Assembly: GCA_002269645.1 (NCBI GenBank)
Contig: NIVC01000209.1
Span: 62,001 to 126,000, forward strand
DNA from: Macrostomum lignano
Taxonomy: Eukaryota
Direction of reading: 5' to 3'
Length of the DNA: 64,000 bases
Shown: in pieces, positions 12,235 to 33,827 of the stretch
Layout: every line of letters begins with the position of its first letter
Position numbering within the stretch: position 1 is the stretch's first letter
Made by a program: the position numbers and the translations under genes
The notes under the pieces: model-generated
What the model was told of the DNA's origin: nothing
Database searches by the model: none
What the model saw: only the letters and a program-made list of their open reading frames with translations

Positions 12235-13125
12235 AGAGACAGCTGAGGGACGATTCTGCGAGGCATCCGAAATTTAAAGACTTAAAGACAACTGAAAACG
12301 ATTCTTAAAGACCGCTGAGGGTGACTGAGAAACAGCTGAGGAGCAATTCATATAGACGGATGAGGGGCGATTTTTAGAGACAGCCGAAGAGCGGTTCTTA
12401 GAGACAGCTGAGGGGCGATTATTAGAGACAGCTGAGGGGGACTATTAGAGACAGCTGAGGGGCGATTATTAGAGACAGCTGAGGGGGACTATTAGAGACA
12501 GCTGAGGGGCGATTATTAAAGACAGCTGAGGGGGACTATTAGAGACAGCTGAGGGGCGATTATTAAAGACAGCTGAGGGGGACTATTAGAGACAGCTGAG
12601 GGGGACTATTAGAGACAGCTGAGGGGCGATTATTAAAGACAGCTGAGGGGGACTATTAGAGACAGCTGAGGGGGACTATTAGAGACAGCTGAGGGGGGAT
12701 GTTAAAGACAGCTGAAGGGGACTATTAGAGACAGCTGAGGGGGACTATTAGAGACAGCTGAGGGGCGATTATTAAAGACAGCTGAGGGGGACTATTAGAG
12801 ACAGCTGAGGGGGACTATTAGAGACAGCTGAGGGGGGATGTTAAAGACAGCTGAGGGGCGACTATTAGAGACAGCTGAGGGGCGACTAATAGAGACAGCT
12901 GAGGGGCGATTATTAGAGACAGCTGAGGGGGGATGTTAAAGACAGCTGAGGGGGACTATTAGAGACAGCTGAGGGGGACTATTAGAGACAGCTGAGGGGC
13001 GACTATTAGAGACAGCTGAGGGAGACTAATAGAGACAGCTGAGGGGCGATTATTAGAGACAGCTGAGGGGCGATTCTTAGAGACAGCTGAGGGGCGATTC
13101 TTAGAGACAGCTGAGGGGCGATTCG
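12235..13125. repeat. 23-bp minisatellite between TOP2 and eIF5A
   Basis: Unit GAGACAGCTGAGGGGGACTATTA. Confidence 0.95.
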
Positions 13126-14074
13126 CTTATACTGTGTTGATAGGGAAGTTTAAAATAAAGTATAGCAAGAAACAGACAGCAAAACTTATTATCGATTTCG
13201 CAAATCCTGATTATATATTAAACTACAAAAAACGAAAAAGTTTGTAACAATTTTTACTAAATCATTTCAGTTCATAAATAAAAAGCTTCATTAAGTTTTT
13301 TTGCATAAGCTAAAAGAGTAATGTTGATAAAACCCAAAGCTTAACAGATCAAGCTTTCCTTTAAGATAAGACCAATAAAATGCACGACTTGCTTAAGCGT
13401 GGACTGAATACGTACGCGAACACACGGATAGCTAGGTGTGTGAAAAGGAGATTTTCAAAGTGTTACAGATAGATAAAATACAATGGCTAAAACACTTAGG
13501 AAATGATAAGAGCCATATACGTAGTAAATTAGCAAGTAATAAGGGAGTGTGTATACGTTATCAAGACAAGAATACGATAATAAAAGCTGACAATCAAAAC
13601 CGCTGACAAGTGTCTGTCAGTCTGTTAAACACAATCAGAACAAGCAAAAAATGACCGGGTGCTGATAACTACGTACATGTATATAGCTATTTAACTAAAA
13701 CCAACGCTTATAATGCGCTTTGGAAAGAAACTTCTCAAGTTACAAACATTAGAATGCAAAACGTAATTATGAAAAAATGCTCGCAATAACATAATTTTAG
13801 TATTTTTAATGTTGTAAAACAGGTTAAAAGCAGCACGCATACGTATTTAGAAATTGTAATATTATCGCATGTATATCATCTTTCGATTCAAAATTTACAA
13901 TCAAAAAGAATTTATTAAAAAGATCAAAATTACTACTCGTAACTAGCAAAAAACATCAATCAATAAATCAGAAATATTTCAACAGGTAAAAAATTCAATC
14001 ATTAATTTAAAAACCGATCAAGAAGCATCAAGAAATCAAGAAGAAAAAATTCACCATAACAATGTCCACGTCGC

Positions 14075-17000
14075 TCAATCCACGTCGCTCAGACCTTCGC
14101 TATCCGAATAGACATATTTAACAGTTGATTTAGAGCCACGACTTGGTCGATTGGCTGCCGTCGACGCGGCGGCACCTGAGGAGGCGCCGATTTCATCATC
14201 GTCAGAGGCGCCGCCGCCGGCGCCACCAACAAAGCTACCATCGCTGTCGCTGCCCCGTTCCCACGGGTTCCGTTTCGAAGAGTTTTTGTTAGTAGTAGCG
14301 GTCGACTTTTTTGTTGTCGCCGATTTTGGTTTGTTGTCAGTTTTTGCTTTTTTAACGGCCGGCTGTTTTGTTGGCTTCCTCGAGTCTGTAATTTTCTTCG
14401 ATTTTGGCTTTGCTGTTGTTGCTGTTATTTTCTTTTTGACAGGCGTTGACTGACCGGCCGGTTTGAATTCAGCATCGTCGCTTAGCGAAGACAAAGAATC
14501 GTCGCTGGTATCGGAGCTGTCATCGGCAGCTTTGCGCTTCTTCGATGGCTGCTGCTTGGGCGACTTTTTAATCGTCGCCTGCTCTTTTTTAACAGCGGAA
14601 GCTGTTGGACGCTTAGAGTTGTTCGAGCCGGCGGCCGCGGAGGTGGATGGCTTGCCAACCAAGCAGGAGACATCGACGCCCGAGTCGGACAGTCTCTGCC
14701 AGAGCGGCTTAGGCCCGGCGCCACCAAATTCGCCGTCGCTATCGTCGAACTCGAAACTATTAGCAGATGTTGATTTCTGCTGTTGCTGCTTACGCGGCGA
14801 TTTCTCGATCTTATCGCCAGCAGCAGTAGTGGCGGCGGAAGCAGACTTAGCTCTAGCTAGCATCTGTTCGTCAATCTGAGGCGCTATTCTACGCGCACCT
14901 GGAGTTGGCAAGTGTTCAACACTAATCCGAGTTGATTTAGCCGCCCGAGCTTTATTACTGGCCGCGTTAGAGGCGGCCAATTTAGCGGCGGTCAGTTTCT
15001 TAGCTAATTCTTCGGCTCGCTCAGCCTCAGCTTTATTGAGCTGGTCGATGGCAGCCTGAAGACTGTCTAAATCTTCCGACCACATTGTACGCGGCGTCTT
15101 CGCCCTTAAAGCGGTTAATTCGGCCGATTTAGCGTCGCGTTGACGCAATAATTCGTCTTTCCGCTCCCGAGTCAGAGAGAGCATCGGTAGGCTTAAAAGA
15201 TAGTCATAGTCGGGCCCATCGTCAGTGGCGGCGCTGGTGTCTGCTTCGTCTGCGACGCTAAAATTGGCTAAAGAGGCCAGATTGGCTCGCCAACTGCGAA
15301 CTGGATCGGAGTCGAATCCGGAACTCTGCAGCAGCTTCACGCAGGCAGCTCTGCGGGAGGGGCAAGTTGTTTAGTAAAGGTAAGGCCTTGTTAATTGACA
15401 GTTAGGCTATCATAAAAGACACAATAATACACACTAGAAAATGGCTAAGGAGACATCAGTAGCCTCATAGATTACTAGAAAGTGGCTAAGGAGACATTAG
15501 TAGCCTCATCGATTACTAGAAAGTGGCTAAGGAGACATTAGTAGCCTCATCGATTACTAGAAAGTGGCTAAGGAGACATTAGTAGCCTCATCGATTACTA
15601 GAAAGTGGCTAAGGAGACATCAGTAGCCTCATGGATGGCTAGGAAGTAGCTAAGGGACATCAGTAGCCTCATCGATTACTAGAAAGTGGCTAAGGAGACA
15701 TTAGTAGCCTCATGGATGGCTAGGAAGTAGCTAAGGGACATCAGTAGCCTTATCGATTACTAGAAAGTGGCTAAGGAGACATTAGTAGCCTCATCGATTA
15801 CTAGGAAGTGGCTAAGGGACATCAGTAGCCTCATAGATTACTAGAAAGTGGCTAAGGAGACATTAGTAGCCTCATCGATTACTAGGAAGTGGCTAAGGGA
15901 CATCAGTAGCCTCATCGATTACTAGAAAGTGGCTAAGGAGACATCAGTAGCCTTATCGATGACTAGGAAGTGGCTAAGGAGACATCAGTAGCCTTATCGA
16001 TGACTAAGAAATAACTAGGATAGTGGCGTCCATTTTTTATACTAAGCAAGAGACTGGGGATTGACGATTGCAAAAGCTTTTTATTGATCTACTTGCTGCG
16101 CCACACTCACCGAGTCAAATCTTCAATAACAAGCCGCTTCTCAATCTTGTCAACAATGAACCGAGCCTGATTTTCCAGCTTCAAACTTTCGGCAGCCAGT
16201 TTGCCTAAGAGATAGAGCTTTCGTTTCTCATACCAGTCAAGACGAAGACTGAAAAATTCGCGCAGAATCTCTTCGACATTGTTGTACCGTTTGATGCAAT
16301 CGTTCTGATCGAACAGGATCATGAAGCTAGTGGTGAGGCTGGTCTGCAACTTGAAGAATTTATGCAGGCCACTCTCTTCGGCGTCGCGCAGCTTGTCGGC
16401 AGACATTTGCACTACAAACTTGACAGTAGTGTCCGTGTGATACTCTTTGTAATCTTGTATCTTTGCCGGCTGCTTCTCCGTACCATTGAGCATCGGCTCC
16501 AATACGGACTCTTTATAAGTTTGAGTCCAAGTTTTCACTGGCAGCTCTGTGATCTCGACCGTATTGTCGTCAATGACGGCAATCTCGCCAAATATAGCGT
16601 ATTTATTAGTATCTAATTCGCGTATCTCGCCGCGAAAACCGCGAAACGCTGGCAGCATAGGTTTGGGCTCGTCCCCAGCTAGCATTCGGCGCAGATTAGC
16701 TATGATATCGCCGACGTCAAAGTTGGGTATCTTAGTGCTCCAACCCGTGCCAATGCCGTCGGCGCCGTTCACCAGCACCATTGGCAGTACTGGCATGTAC
16801 CACTTCGGCTCAATCGTGAGATTGTCGTCCCGTTGAAATTCTAGCATCGGCTCGTCGGCCGAGTTAAACACGTGGCGAGTCAGCGGCGACAGTGAGGTGA
16901 ATATGTAGCGCGGGCTGGCCGCGTCTCTGCCGCCGTGCAGTCTGGTGCCGAATTGGCCTTGCGGTAGCAGCAGATTCAAATTATTAGAGCCGACAAAGTC

Positions 17001-19448
17001 CTGCGCTAAGCCAATGATTGTGCCCATTAGAGACATTTCACCGTGGTGATAAGAGGACAATTCGGCAACGGATCCGGCTAGCTGAGCTACTTTGATCTCC
17101 TTGGTCAAATTGCGCTTGAAGCAGGTAAACATCACCTTGCGCTGGCCAGGCTTCAATCCGTCAATCATAGACGGTATGGACCGCTCGTTGTCCATATTTG
17201 AGAACAGAATGAGCTCTTTATTAACAAAGTCCGAGTACGAGATGGAGCAAGTGTCCTTTTCGTACAGGTAGGTCTCTTGCAGGCCGAGATCAATGCGACG
17301 CCGTCGCTCGTCCATCCAAGTTGAGAGCCACTCTTTGCGCGAATCGGAGCTCTTGCCGAATGCCAGCTTAATAGCTTCATCGTCCTCTTCGCCCTAGATA
17401 AAATTGTATAGGAGAGAGCATATCTTAAAACTGATTCAAGTCAATATGATTTTAAATGATATTGGGAGAATAATGGGAGACTATGTTGGAATAAAAAATG
17501 ACAATGAAACACTAACCTTGTAGACGAACTTGATTCTATGCCGAACCATATCGTTAAAGTAGTCCTTGGCCTCGGCAGAGGAGGAAGTGCCCAGACCTTT
17601 GTAGTACTTAACTCGCCAGGTGTGCCAGTTAGGAGTTGAGTTGCGCCACTCTTCGAACTCTGGCAGGGAGAAGAAAGCCAACTCCTGCTTATTCTTGAAC
17701 ACCTTTACAATTGGAGTAATAAACTCTTCAATGAAGTTCTGACGCAACAGCTCCGGCCATTTATAGTGCAAGAAGTTGATTATTAATCCTTTGATATGCG
17801 ATCCATCCTGATCTTGATCAGCCATGATCATCACTTTGCCGTAGCGAAGCGTCTTCAAATCCTCCTGTGTATTGTACTTCTTGCTGTACTGCAGGCCAAG
17901 AATCTTTACTAGATTGTTGATCTCCGAGTTCTCCATCATCTGTTGAAAGGAAGCTTCGCGAGCGTTGAGCAGTTTGCCTCTAAGCGGAAACACGCCGTAG
18001 CGATCTCGACCGACAACGCCAAGTCCGGCAACCGCCAGACTTTTGGCCGAGTCGCCCTCAGTAAGAATGAGGACACACTCCAGCGATTGCTTGGTCCCGG
18101 CTAGATTAGCGTCGTCCAGTTTGGCAATGCCTTTTAGCTTGCTGTGCTTAGCCTTGTGACACTGCTTGTCAAGGTTCTGCATAGTTTTAAACTTGACCCA
18201 ATTCATTACGGCTTCAATAACGCCACATTTCCCTACCTTGGCGATAAACTTTTGGCCTAAATCGCACTTTGAGCCAAACATTGATTGCTGAAGCGTCATG
18301 TACTCTTTAGTTTGCGAGTCAAAAGTTGGGTTCTCCACTAGGCAACGGCAGAACAACCATAAATGATTCTTCAAATTGGACGGTTTAATCTGAACACCAC
18401 CCTTGCCTTGCTTTTTTTTAACCACTTCGATTAGCTGCTTGACAATTTGATCGGCCAAGTAGTCGACGTGCCTGCCACCCTTGGTGGTGGCAATTGAGTT
18501 TACGAAACTGATCTGCTTGAAACCGTCGGTGCTCAGTGTGACGGCCACCTCCCAACGATCGTTGATCTGCTCGTGGACGGCTTTCAAAGGATTACCAGCG
18601 TCGTCAGTTTTATCCTTGAGATACAAATCGACGTAGTCTTTAAAAGTTTTCACACCTAGCCTTTTGCCGTTCAAATAGACTTTAATACCTGGACAAGAAG
18701 CTGCAACATCGTAAGCGCGACGAGTGAACAGATCGACCATGTCTTTCGTCAGCTTCTGCATTTTGAATTTTTTCAAGTCAGGCTTGAAAGTTATGCAGGT
18801 AAAGTCTTCTGGGGCAGCATCGGACAGGCGAACATCGAGTGCCTTGGACATGTTTGAATTCCAGGTCTGCTTGAACTTCTTTCTATACTGCTTACAGGAT
18901 GTCTCCAGCGTGAACTCGGTGCTGAATACATTGCACAGCTTAGCACCGTAGCCGTTTCTACCACCTGTAACTTTCTTCTCGTCATCATTAAAATTGCTAG
19001 ACGTAAGCAAGTGACCAAAAATTAACGTTGGCACAAGCATTTTCTCTTCCTTGTGCTCCACAACGGGTATGCCCTTGCCATTGTTCCAGATCTTCATGAC
19101 ATTCTCTTCTGGTTGGATGTCGATTTTGATGCAAGACATGCTCGGATCGCGTTGTTTATTGTCTGCTGCATTCACCAAAATTTCGTCGAATATCTTGTAC
19201 AGTCCGGGTACAAACGTTATTTCGCGTTGAACCATCGCTTCTGATTCGGAATCGAATACCCACATAGACTGGGTAACCGGTTCAACGGATCCAATGTAGG
19301 TGTCCGGTCGAAGCAATATGTGCTCCAACTGGGTCTTCTTTTGATAGGTCTTTTCAATTGACGATCCTTTGCCAGCCTTGGCGGAACTCTTGTTCAGATC
19401 CGGCAACGGAACAAGATGCGTAGACGCAAAGGCTTCCAAGTCCGCCAT
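14075..19448 (-). CDS. TOP2: DNA topoisomerase II
   Basis: Exons 19448-17517, 17393-16111, 15350-14075 (phases 0 and 2 consistent). GHKL motifs EILVNAADN and TGGRNGYGAKL, TOPRIM EGDSA/DQDQDGSH, catalytic SPRYIF, K/S-rich tail ending VKYVYSDSE. Confidence 0.97.
15440..16010. repeat. 41-bp minisatellite in TOP2 intron 2
   Basis: Unit GCTAAGGAGACATTAGTAGCCTCATCGATTACTAGAAAGTG. Confidence 0.95.
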
Positions 19449-19648
19449 GATCGGACCTGCGCGTCTTTGCTACTTTTTTGTTCAAGTGCGCTGCGTTAGA
19501 TTAGTGACTCAGCCGTGTCTCTTAAGGCGCAGACAGAAACGTTTAAAATGCAAAAATTGCTTAATAAATTTAATCGCACTAAATTAATATACATATATAT
19601 AAATAGGCTTTAGTAATTATGCGCATCAATCCACTACTAATTAAAATC

Positions 19649-19964
19649 AGGGGTCGGCAAACGTTTTAACTCAAGGGTCAGATAGAGAACTTAGAGCATG
19701 GCTGTGGACCTGAGGAGGGGAGAGAGGAGACGGAATAGAGAAGGGAGACGGGAGATAGGAGAGGCGAGGGAATAAAAGAGAAGGGAGTTGAGAGAGAGAT
19801 AAAATATGAGAGGACAGGTGAGCAAGCGGAGTGGAGAGGAGAGAAGAGATTAGAGAAGAGCGCTGAGAAAGGACACAAATTTTAAGCGGGCCGGATTGCT
19901 ATTGTGAAGTTGTAAAGGACCCGAAGGCCGGATAGAGGCTCCGGGGCAGAATTTGCCGACGCTG
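19649..19964. mobile_element. hAT-type MITE
   Basis: Ends CAGGGGTCGGCAAAC ... ATTTGCCGACGCTG (imperfect TIRs), purine-rich centre; related to the copy at 24245-24417; TSD degraded. Confidence 0.65.
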
Positions 19965-20691
19965 ACTTAAAATTTTCATCTGCACCTTCATGCACGGCTA
20001 AGAAAAGCTTTAAACAAAAATAAGTTTAAAAAGCCATAAAATGCAAAATAACACTATATTTCAAAAGTTGTTAATACACGATTATTTGACACGCATTGGT
20101 AACTAAACAGTTCGGATTATTTAAATTAAAGCTAACCTTGATTATATTGACTAAACATGAAAAAAATCAGAAAGTGGATCATCAAATGGACTCAAAACGC
20201 TTCAAGCAACTAGATTTTTAGCAACCAGGGAAAGGAAGGTTAAACGCTTTTCAATCTACAAATAGCTGTTAAATTTGCATTATTGCATTATTATGTTTGC
20301 TTCAAAAAATCAAGCCTACACAGTGGTTTATCAATGGGGCAAACTAAAATAAAACTAAAATAGATGCCAATATTTAAGAATCAATACGCACCGGAATTAT
20401 TTATATGCGATGGTGCAACCTATTTTGAATTAATTTAAGTAATAATGAAGGTATATGATTTATTGATCAAGGAAAATTCTTATATCAACTAGAACTACAT
20501 AGTGCCCGATGGAGAATCCGCCTCTTCTGTACGCAAAAGTTTCAAAATGTTTTATTTCATGTTTTAACAATTTACGCTTAAGTGCACCAGTTTGTTAATC
20601 ACTCCCGTCTTAATATTTTAAACATTTTTTATTATTTAGACAAAATTCTTTATGCTGTTTAAAACTTTTTAAAAAAAATCTAGGTAAGTTT

Positions 20692-21957
20692 TCACTTCGG
20701 ACAGGTAGTGGCGGCTGGTAAAACTTTGCCAGTGCAGGCGCCGAAACCGATTCGGTGACCGTCGCCCTCGCACCAGCCGGTCATGACGACTTCGTCGCCG
20801 TCTTGCAGAAATCGCCTAGTAACGTCGCCGCCTAGACTGACCGGTTTACTGCCCTTCCAAGACAGCTCCAGCATCGATCCGTAGCTATCTTCGGTTGGAC
20901 CGGAAATAGTGCCAGAAGCGAGCAGATCGCCTGGGCGGATGTTGCATCCGGTCACGGTGTGATGAGCTAGCTGCTGTTTCATTGTCCAGTACATGTGCTT
21001 AAAGTTTGACCGGGAAACAACTGAAGCCTGAGCGGCGCCATCGGGTTTGATGCCAACCTCCAGATTGATGTCAAAGGTATAGGGATCGGAGTGAGCCAGG
21101 TAGGGCATGGGCGCGGGATCCTGGGTGCAATTGGGCTTGACAAATGGCGTTAACGCATCCATGGTTACCACCCAGGGACTGATTGTTGTGCCAAAATTTT
21201 TAGCCAGAAAAGGCCCAAGAGGAACGTATTCCCATTTCTGAATGTCGCGAGCCGACCAATCGTTCATCAGCACCATGCCAAATATGTGTTCATCAGCTTT
21301 GTCTATGCTAATTGGTTCGCCCATTGCATTGCCGGGACCAGTGAAGAATGCCATCTCCAACTCAAAGTCCAGCAATTTGCACGGGCCAAACACAGGCGGT
21401 TGGCCCTCAACTGGACAGGTCTGTCCAACTGGACGACGAACCGGCGTGCCGGACACGACAACGGAACTGGCCCGGCCGTGATAACCAACTGGCAGCCATT
21501 TCCAATTAGGCATCAGGGCGTTGTCTTTGCCGCGAAACATGGTGCCAACATTGGTGGCGTGCTCGATTGACGAATAAAAATCCGTGTAGTCGCCAATAGT
21601 TGCCGGCAGGTGCATTTGGGCACGCGATTGCGGAACAAACGCGCTCTGCATCAGGTGAGAATTGCCCTGCAGGGTCAGATTATCGGCGCTTAACAAGTTC
21701 TGTAGAGTAGCGCGAGCTTCGCGCCAAGCCGACCGACCTAGCGCCATCAGATCGTTGAGCACGGCGGACTCAAACACAGCCTGATGGGGCTTCAAGCAGA
21801 GACCATCGAAAAACTGCTTCACAAGCGACAGGTCAAGAATCTGGTCGCCAATAGCAACGCCAATCCGATGACGGGGATTGTCCTCAGTGGAGAATATGCC
21901 GTAGGGCAGATTTTGCAAAGGGAAATGCGACTCCGGCATGACAGGAATGAACGACAT
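20692..21957 (-). CDS. FAH: Fumarylacetoacetase (intronless, 421 aa)
   Basis: [75 protein letters not shown] motifs. Confidence 0.97.
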   Translation of the reverse strand: MSFIPVMPESHFPLQNLPYGIFSTEDNPRHRIGVAIGDQILDLSLVKQFFDGLCLKPHQAVFESAVLNDLMALGRSAWREARATLQNLLSADNLTLQGNSHLMQSAFVPQSRAQMHLPATIGDYTDFYSSIEHATNVGTMFRGKDNALMPNWKWLPVGYHGRASSVVVSGTPVRRPVGQTCPVEGQPPVFGPCKLLDFELEMAFFTGPGNAMGEPISIDKADEHIFGMVLMNDWSARDIQKWEYVPLGPFLAKNFGTTISPWVVTMDALTPFVKPNCTQDPAPMPYLAHSDPYTFDINLEVGIKPDGAAQASVVSRSNFKHMYWTMKQQLAHHTVTGCNIRPGDLLASGTISGPTEDSYGSMLELSWKGSKPVSLGGDVTRRFLQDGDEVVMTGWCEGDGHRIGFGACTGKVLPAATTCPK

Positions 21958-23961
21958 GGCGCTGAGTGTAATGTAGACTGCTAAGCATGCATTATAAAAA
22001 GAAGTTATAATTAGTGATTAAATACACTTTTGGAATACTATTATTGTTACAACTAAAAATCTTAATATCTTTATAAGAAATCTACCCAGCTAAAATGCAG
22101 CTCATACGATAAAAGGTTGAGACAGCTTAGAAAATACCCTACTAGCTTGGACTACAAAACCAAAAGCCGAAAAAACAGAAAGACCAAAGAAGCCTTATTC
22201 TTAAATCAAAGACGGCTCACTAGGAGGTTACATTTTTGTCTGCCTATATTTGATAACACAGCACATTTTAGAACGAATATTTTTTTCAAAGTTCTACATT
22301 TAACAGGTGATTGCTTTATTTCGAAACCTTGAATATATAGGAACGGGAAAAAACTCCTTCACGACAAAAACTTTGTTTTTGTGAAAAGTGCATCAAGATA
22401 TTATTTACACACACATCTACTTCGATATAATTACGCAAAATTAGCTATTAATACACGGAAAAGCAGGGTGGAGTACACTAAGACGCATCATTACAAAGTC
22501 AATAGTGTTATTCTAAAAATATTTAACTAAAACGGTCGCATCGCACAGGTGTACAAAAATATTATTACTGTAATTACAAGCTGAAAAGCTGCGCAAAAAA
22601 GCTTCCAAACAGAAAGCAAAAATGAAACAATTAAGTATTACTAATAGTAATAGTGTACATTTCCGTTTTGCCGGCACACAACTCGCTACTTGCAGATGCG
22701 ACTTTTCAAACAACTTCGAAAGATATAATTCGAGCCTAATAATTCTGAAAAAAATGCATCAGTATAGCCTAGTGCATTTTAGCTGCATATTACTGTTACT
22801 AATTTTATGCTAAGGCCTTGAAATGGAAACACATTTAGAAAATAGTTTTGTTAGAGACTTAACTTCGTTTTATTATTCAACAAGTTAACTTGGATTACAG
22901 GGTTACAATTAGACATCATAGTGCTTTTACTAATGGGATTTGCTAAGTTGCTTGGTAGTCAGTTAAAAGATTACCCAGCTAATTAAAAATCGTCTTTTAA
23001 AGTTTTTATTTTATAGGCGATTTTTCTATTATATAATATTTTTGTAGTTTTTGAAATTTTTATTCTTTTGTTAAATTTTGAAATTTTCGTCAATATAATA
23101 TCGGAAAGAATAACAAATAAAGCACAACAATCATCATCGTCCTTAAAAGAACTGATAGTGCAGCGAGGTCAGGTCCGCAGTCCTAGACGAAGGTATGTAT
23201 TTTATAACACTTTAACGCACTGCTTAGCGTTAACTGACGACACAGACAGAAAAACTAAGGCTATTCGAAGGGACACAAACAGCTGACAAAAAAGCGTTAT
23301 ATAAAATAGGGCATACATATAGAGTCGGTTTGCGGTGCTCTTATCAAGTGCGTGACAATTTAGAAAACCAACTTTAATTGCGTTTTAGAAGCGGAAACAG
23401 AAAAAACAATGAAGCAGTTTATTGTATTGAGTACATGGAGTAGCGCTGCTGGTGAAGCGCTGTTGAATACGCGGTTAACAAAAAATACAGGTTGATCGTT
23501 TATTATTTATTAATGCAAATCAGAAATTTTATATACTTATAAGCTTTACATTAATCTAATAAATAAATGTTTTGAAATGAAAAAGCGGTAGTGACTAAAA
23601 ATAGTTACCCATGTACAATACTATCGTTTCAATTATTATAGTGTTGTATATTGGTACTGTATATTCATAAATATTGTAGTGAAAAATATGTTTCTTTGAA
23701 TCAAACACCAGTATTGTCGGCTTATTGTTAGAAAAAAACAACTGAAAGAGAGAATCATCATTGCCACAAACAAGCTTAATAGCTTTTACTTAACAAAGAC
23801 GCAACTGATATTAAGGATGTTAAATAGGAACCACAGTCAATTAAACTCTCGTATCATAAATCGATTCGTTTTTTGTAGTTCATTTTTTTGGTACCAAGTG
23901 GATGGTAAAAGTATTATAAAAGTTGTACTCAAACGACGCTGAAAGCCACTAGAAATCCTTC

Positions 23962-32229
<8,268 letters not shown>

Positions 32230-33456
32230 CCCAATAATGTTAGTAACCACACGTGTAACGACTGAATGATGGCTGGATCCAAAGTACTTAGAGATGCATA
32301 ATGATCTTAAGTGTCCAGTGTCTTGCAGTTTAAAATGAATAACATCTGAATAAGATCTTAAAAGTTTCTAAGTTGTCTAAAAAATTTATTAGTTAGTATT
32401 TTATTTTATAGTACATTGTGGAAGTAAAATTTTGTAACAAAACTTAATTTGTTTACTAGTGCTTACACGACAATCGTAAAAAATATTCTTTGCTAGTAAA
32501 GCCGAAAGTATTTACTTCTCACCGATCTCTTGCTACATGTTGATATAAGTTCATATACAGCATGTTGATACAAGTAGATTTGCAGATAATTCTTTGCGGC
32601 ACGTTGCAACAGGTCAATTGTTGTTATTTTTTCGAATCGTTTGCAAAGAGGAACATTTTCATTGCTTTTTAGCATTTACCTCGCAACCTGCTGACAACCT
32701 GATTAGCTGAATTCCTCTGAATTCCGCACCCCGTGATGACTCAATCATGCGTCTCCCCGTACCCGGCCTATGATCCTCCCGTGCACCAACCCCCGATCCT
32801 TTCTTTTGTTCGAAATTATAATTCATATGTATGCGTGTGACAGTTTGTATGACCCCTATAGCTATAGCTATCCAATATTTTTTTCTGAACCTGCCTGTTC
32901 GTACTGTCCATTGATCATAATTCTTTTTCTTCGCTGCGCCCCACCCCTATTTCTCGTCCAATCGCAGCGCGGCTGCAATGGCTGGATCGAGGTCAAGGAC
33001 AATTGTCACGGCCTTTAATATCGCGCATCACGCGTGCTCTCACGTGTGAAGCAATCGCGTGACGCATGATAATAGGGCTATAACTGAATAATTAAGATCC
33101 CGTTTTGAGCTCTGAGCACATCCGTACATATACGTCTCTACCGGCCTTTGCTTTACCTTCCCTTCAACGGGTTTCGTCTGGACTGATCGTCCGTGACTGC
33201 AGCCGCCGCCGTGACCATCGACCGACCACCGCGCCAAACAGCCCCTGCGCCTGTCGACCGCGCGTCTGTAACATATTTTTTCTCTGTTGAGCTGCCCTTG
33301 GGTATCGTCAGCCCACCTGTCTCCCCCTCCATTGAATTCACCGCCTCGACCTTAATATGTGTCTTTGGTATGGAAAGATAGGAAGCGGTTGGCATTGGCA
33401 TGGCACAGAAAAATTAAAAGCTGATCGAGGGGGATCAGAGAGTGGAAGATCATAGG

Positions 33457-33644
33457 CAGTGGCGCAACCAGGGGGGGAGGGGGGCGGGGTGCGGTCGCCT
33501 TCTCCCTTAGGCGGAGACCCAAAAAAATCAAAGGGGGACCAAGCAAATTTTCGCCAAAAACAGAGCCCCAGCTCCGCCCCCCCCCACCCGGGACTTTACC
33601 CTCCAGAATCCCCCCCCCTCAAAAAATTTCTGGTTGCGCTACTG
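33457..33644. mobile_element. hAT-type MITE with G/C runs
   Basis: TIR CAGTGGCGCAACCAG / CTGGTTGCGCTACTG (14/15); 8-bp TSD ATCATAGG / CTCATAGG (7/8). Confidence 0.8.
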
Positions 33645-33827
33645 CTCATAGGGTATGATCGCCGAGTTCATGCAACCAAATGTAATTATCAAATTATCAA
33701 AATTATCAAAATTATCAAATTATCAAATTATTAAAATTATCAAATATAAACAACCCGGGCTGACTGCATGTCTACACATGTAAATAAAGGGATCTTGGTC
33801 GCATGGCGCATGGTCGCTTGGTCGCAA

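Noticed and set aside
1297-16010. 23-46-bp direct repeats as CRISPR arrays
   Set aside because: Head-to-tail units with no unique spacers, no cas genes, and a eukaryotic intron context.
20692-21957. Intronless FAH as a retrocopy or horizontal transfer
   Set aside because: No poly(A) or TSD seen, metazoan-type sequence, and neighbouring genes also have very long exons.
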